From Nitrospirota bacterium (GTDB taxonomy: Bacteria > Nitrospirota > UBA9217): a stretch of DNA of 64,000 nucleotides. The notes below the pieces were generated by a model. The model worked only from the letters and a program-made list of their open reading frames with translations. It ran no database searches and was not told the origin of the DNA. Every line of letters begins with the position of its first letter. Positions within the stretch are counted from its first letter, which is position 1. The DNA lies in contig CAVTRN010000001.1 in assembly GCA_963737155.1 (NCBI GenBank), positions 1,056,001 to 1,120,000 of the forward strand, in the 5' to 3' direction. Position numbers and translations under genes: made by a program. This document shows positions 61,758-64,000 of the stretch, piece after piece.

Positions 61758-62684
61758 ATGAGGATTGTTCGAGGTCTTAAAAGCTTCACGGAACGGTTGC
61801 CGAAACCAGTGCTCACGCTAGGGAATTTTGACGGAGTTCACCTCGGGCACCAAGCTATTTTCAGAAAAGTCATCGCTCGTGCGTGCGATATCGGCGGCAC
61901 CAGTATCGCCTTCACATTCGAACCACATCCGCTCAAGGTAATTGCACCCGAACGTTCTCCCCGCCTCTTGAATACATTTCACGGTAAAATGAAGCTTCTT
62001 GCTGCATCGGGAATCGACGTGGTCATCTGTGCCAATTTTACGAGGGTGTTTGCCGACCAGAATCCGGACGATTTTGCGCGCGGAGTTCTCCACGAAAAAA
62101 TCGGCGTACGGGAAGTTTACGTCGGCTACGACTATGCTTTCGGCAAGGGTCGCGAGGGCAGCATCGAATCTCTGAAGCGCATGGGCCAGACATACGGATT
62201 TGAAGTAGGCGTTATCGAAGCGGTCCAGGCGAACGGGATGGTGGTCAGCAGCTCCACGATTCGTGATATGATCGCCGAGGGCAGGGTGGATGACGCCGCA
62301 AGACTGCTCGGCAGGCACTACACGATCGAAGGCGAGGTTGTACCAGGGGCGCAGCGGGGCCAGAAACTTGGTTTTCCGACGGCGAATCTGAGCACCGCCA
62401 ACGAACTTCTTCCGGCCTATGGCGTCTACGCTGTTCTTGCTTACATCAACGGGCGCAGCGCGAAGGGGGTGGCCTCCATTGGAGTGAGGCCGACGTTTGA
62501 CTCGGGTCCTGTTTCTGTTGAGGTCTATCTTCTGGATTTCGCGGGCAACCTCTACGGTAAACAGATAGATGTTTCATTTATCAAACGTCTTCGCGGGGAG
62601 GAAAAATTTACCGACGCGGAAGGGCTGGTGCGTCAGATCAGGATAGATGTGAAAGAAGCTGAATTGGTTTTGAAGGATCGCTGA
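61758..62684 (+). CDS. ribF: Bifunctional riboflavin kinase/FAD synthetase
   Basis: GNFDGVHLGH, TFEPHP, VSSSTIR, LGFPTAN, GVRPTF. Confidence 0.97.
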   Translation: MRIVRGLKSFTERLPKPVLTLGNFDGVHLGHQAIFRKVIARACDIGGTSIAFTFEPHPLKVIAPERSPRLLNTFHGKMKLLAASGIDVVICANFTRVFADQNPDDFARGVLHEKIGVREVYVGYDYAFGKGREGSIESLKRMGQTYGFEVGVIEAVQANGMVVSSSTIRDMIAEGRVDDAARLLGRHYTIEGEVVPGAQRGQKLGFPTANLSTANELLPAYGVYAVLAYINGRSAKGVASIGVRPTFDSGPVSVEVYLLDFAGNLYGKQIDVSFIKRLRGEEKFTDAEGLVRQIRIDVKEAELVLKDR

Positions 62685-62783
62685 AGTCTGATGTTTCGGC
62701 GGGATAGTGAAGAGGGGAACCGAAAGGCGCAAGAATAGCAAAGTGATCGCATAGTAGACCGGATTGGGAGGAGGTGATTCATT

Positions 62784-62861
62784 ATGGCATGCGGATCGAA
62801 GTGCGGCGCAAAAAAAGCTACAAAGAAAAAAGTGGCAACGAAAAAAACGACAAAAAAATAG
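62784..62861 (+). CDS. Putative 25-aa Cys/Lys-rich small protein MACGSKCGAKKATKKKVATKKTTKK
   Basis: Very strong SD GGAGGAGGTGA, ATG at 62784, TAG at 62859, own terminator hairpin; below the ORF-track cutoff. Confidence 0.65.
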   Translation: MACGSKCGAKKATKKKVATKKTTKK

Positions 62862-62876
62862 GCTTAATATTTTAGT

Positions 62877-62904
62877 AGGGCGGGAACGTAATCCCGCCTT
62901 ATTT
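62877..62904 (+). terminator. Intrinsic terminator after the small peptide
   Basis: AGGGCGGGA-ACGTAA-TCCCGCCTT then ATTT. Confidence 0.6.
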
Positions 62905-63101
62905 CATCTGCAATGTCCGCCTCCGGTCGGAGCCTGCCAAACAGTTTTTTTCTCATCCTGCTGCTGTAAACTTCCTTACTCTTTTGTTTTCTGCGCGATA
63001 GGAGCCGTTCATTTATACCTGTCTTTCGCTCAATATTAAAATTGACTTTTCTGGCAGGCTGTGATAGATACAGCAGACTGTGAAATGAGGAGAATGAGAC
63101 G

Positions 63102-63470
63102 GTGAGGACCGCAGTTATTATTTTATTTCACGGGAGCAGGGCCGAGGGGGCCGGCGAAACAGCGCGAAGAATTGTGGACGAGGTCGGAAAAAGAGGGAAG
63201 TTCGGTGTCGTCACAACCGCGTTTCTGCAGCATGTAAAGCCGGACCTTATTGAGGCTGTCCATTCCTGTGTCCGGCAGGGCACAAACAAAATCGTCGTTG
63301 TGCCTTTCTTCCTGCAGTTGGGCATACACGTTACCGCTGACATTCCCGCTCTCATGGATCATATCAAGAAACAATATCCCGATATTACGATCGTTGCAAC
63401 CGGTGCAGTTGGCTCACATCCCCTGATGGCGGAGATTGTTGTGGAACTGGCCCGGGAGATTGACGCTTGA
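63102..63470 (+). CDS. Small CbiX/SirB-type sirohydrochlorin chelatase
   Basis: FHGSR, AFLQ..KP, VPFFL..G.H...DIP, G.HP; single-domain 122 aa. Confidence 0.82.
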   Translation: MRTAVIILFHGSRAEGAGETARRIVDEVGKRGKFGVVTTAFLQHVKPDLIEAVHSCVRQGTNKIVVVPFFLQLGIHVTADIPALMDHIKKQYPDITIVATGAVGSHPLMAEIVVELAREIDA

Positions 63471-63502
63471 ACATGAGTGAAAGAAGCGAAACAGTCTACA
63501 AT

Positions 63503-64000
63503 ATGCTTACGGCAAAAGAACAATTTAACATCATAAAACGTGGAGCGGTGGAAATCATCGTCGAGGACGATCTTCGGAAGAAACTCGAGCGCTCTGTTGC
63601 AACGAGGAAATCTCTTCGGGTCAAAGCAGGTTTCGACCCCACGGCCCCCGACATACATGTAGGCCACACCGTACTGCTGAACAAGATGCGCCAGTTTCAG
63701 GAACTGGGTCATGAGGTTATTTTTCTGATCGGTGATTTTACCGGCATGATCGGCGATCCCACCGGAAAATCCGAAACGAGGAAGCATCTGACGCGGGAAG
63801 AGGTGCTGGAGAATGCCAAGACCTATGAGACGCAGATCTTTAAAATTCTCGACCCGGTGCTAACAAAAATAACATTCAACAGCGAATGGATGTCGAAGAT
63901 GTCCGCCGCGGACTTGATCCAACTGGCGGCGAAGCACACTGTAGCGCGCATGCTTGAGCGGGAAGATTTCAGAAAACGTTATAAGGCCGAACATCCCATT
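63503..64000 (+). CDS. tyrS: Tyrosine--tRNA ligase (partial, runs off the right edge)
   Basis: Manually translated: [15 protein letters not shown] (HIGH), [23 protein letters not shown]; alternative in-frame ATG at 63473. Confidence 0.95.
   Translation, partial: MLTAKEQFNIIKRGAVEIIVEDDLRKKLERSVATRKSLRVKAGFDPTAPDIHVGHTVLLNKMRQFQELGHEVIFLIGDFTGMIGDPTGKSETRKHLTREEVLENAKTYETQIFKILDPVLTKITFNSEWMSKMSAADLIQLAAKHTVARMLEREDFRKRYKAEHPI

Noticed and set aside
62700-62760. c-di-GMP-I riboswitch before the small peptide
   Set aside because: The ccgaaagg...cgcaag resemblance is too short; the GCAAAC/P2 architecture is absent.

Overview
About 52-55% GC bacterial chromosomal window, probably from an anaerobic or microaerophilic diderm. 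A Nitrospirota- or Desulfobacterota-like origin is inferred from gene content only. Left to right it holds: a truncated PAS-PAS-GGDEF gene; a sigma54-driven Mo-nitrogenase cluster (nifH-D-K-fused EN-X-nifI1-nifI2-fdxB-GNAT, then nifB-hesA); a methyltransferase; a full nuoA-N complex I operon; class II ribonucleotide reductase; a pentose-phosphate block; a tiny peptide plus radical SAM/SPASM gene; pal-cpoB; and a housekeeping block (TPR-lolB-like-ispE-spoVG-tRNA-Gln-prs-rplY-pth-ychF, ribF, cbiX, tyrS). The nuo operon is split between nuoD and nuoE by a five-gene DRTGG / CBS-kinase / DRTGG / PHP / HATPase cassette and carries a HydB/HndC-type (bifurcating-signature) NuoF plus an HndB-like ferredoxin. 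Top signal: a 40-aa ORF at 39900-40022 that the ORF track truncates at its first TGA. It reads ...VCHK-UGA-KG-UGA-KS-UAG, is followed by an fdhF-like SECIS hairpin and then a SPASM maturase, and is a likely double-selenocysteine RiPP precursor. Second is the regulated, possibly electron-bifurcating complex I next to nif. Also notable are 7- and 9-nt periodic repeats in spacers and inside the NifE-NifN linker, and an unannotated 25-aa Cys/Lys peptide. All calls come from reading motifs by eye; no database searches were run.
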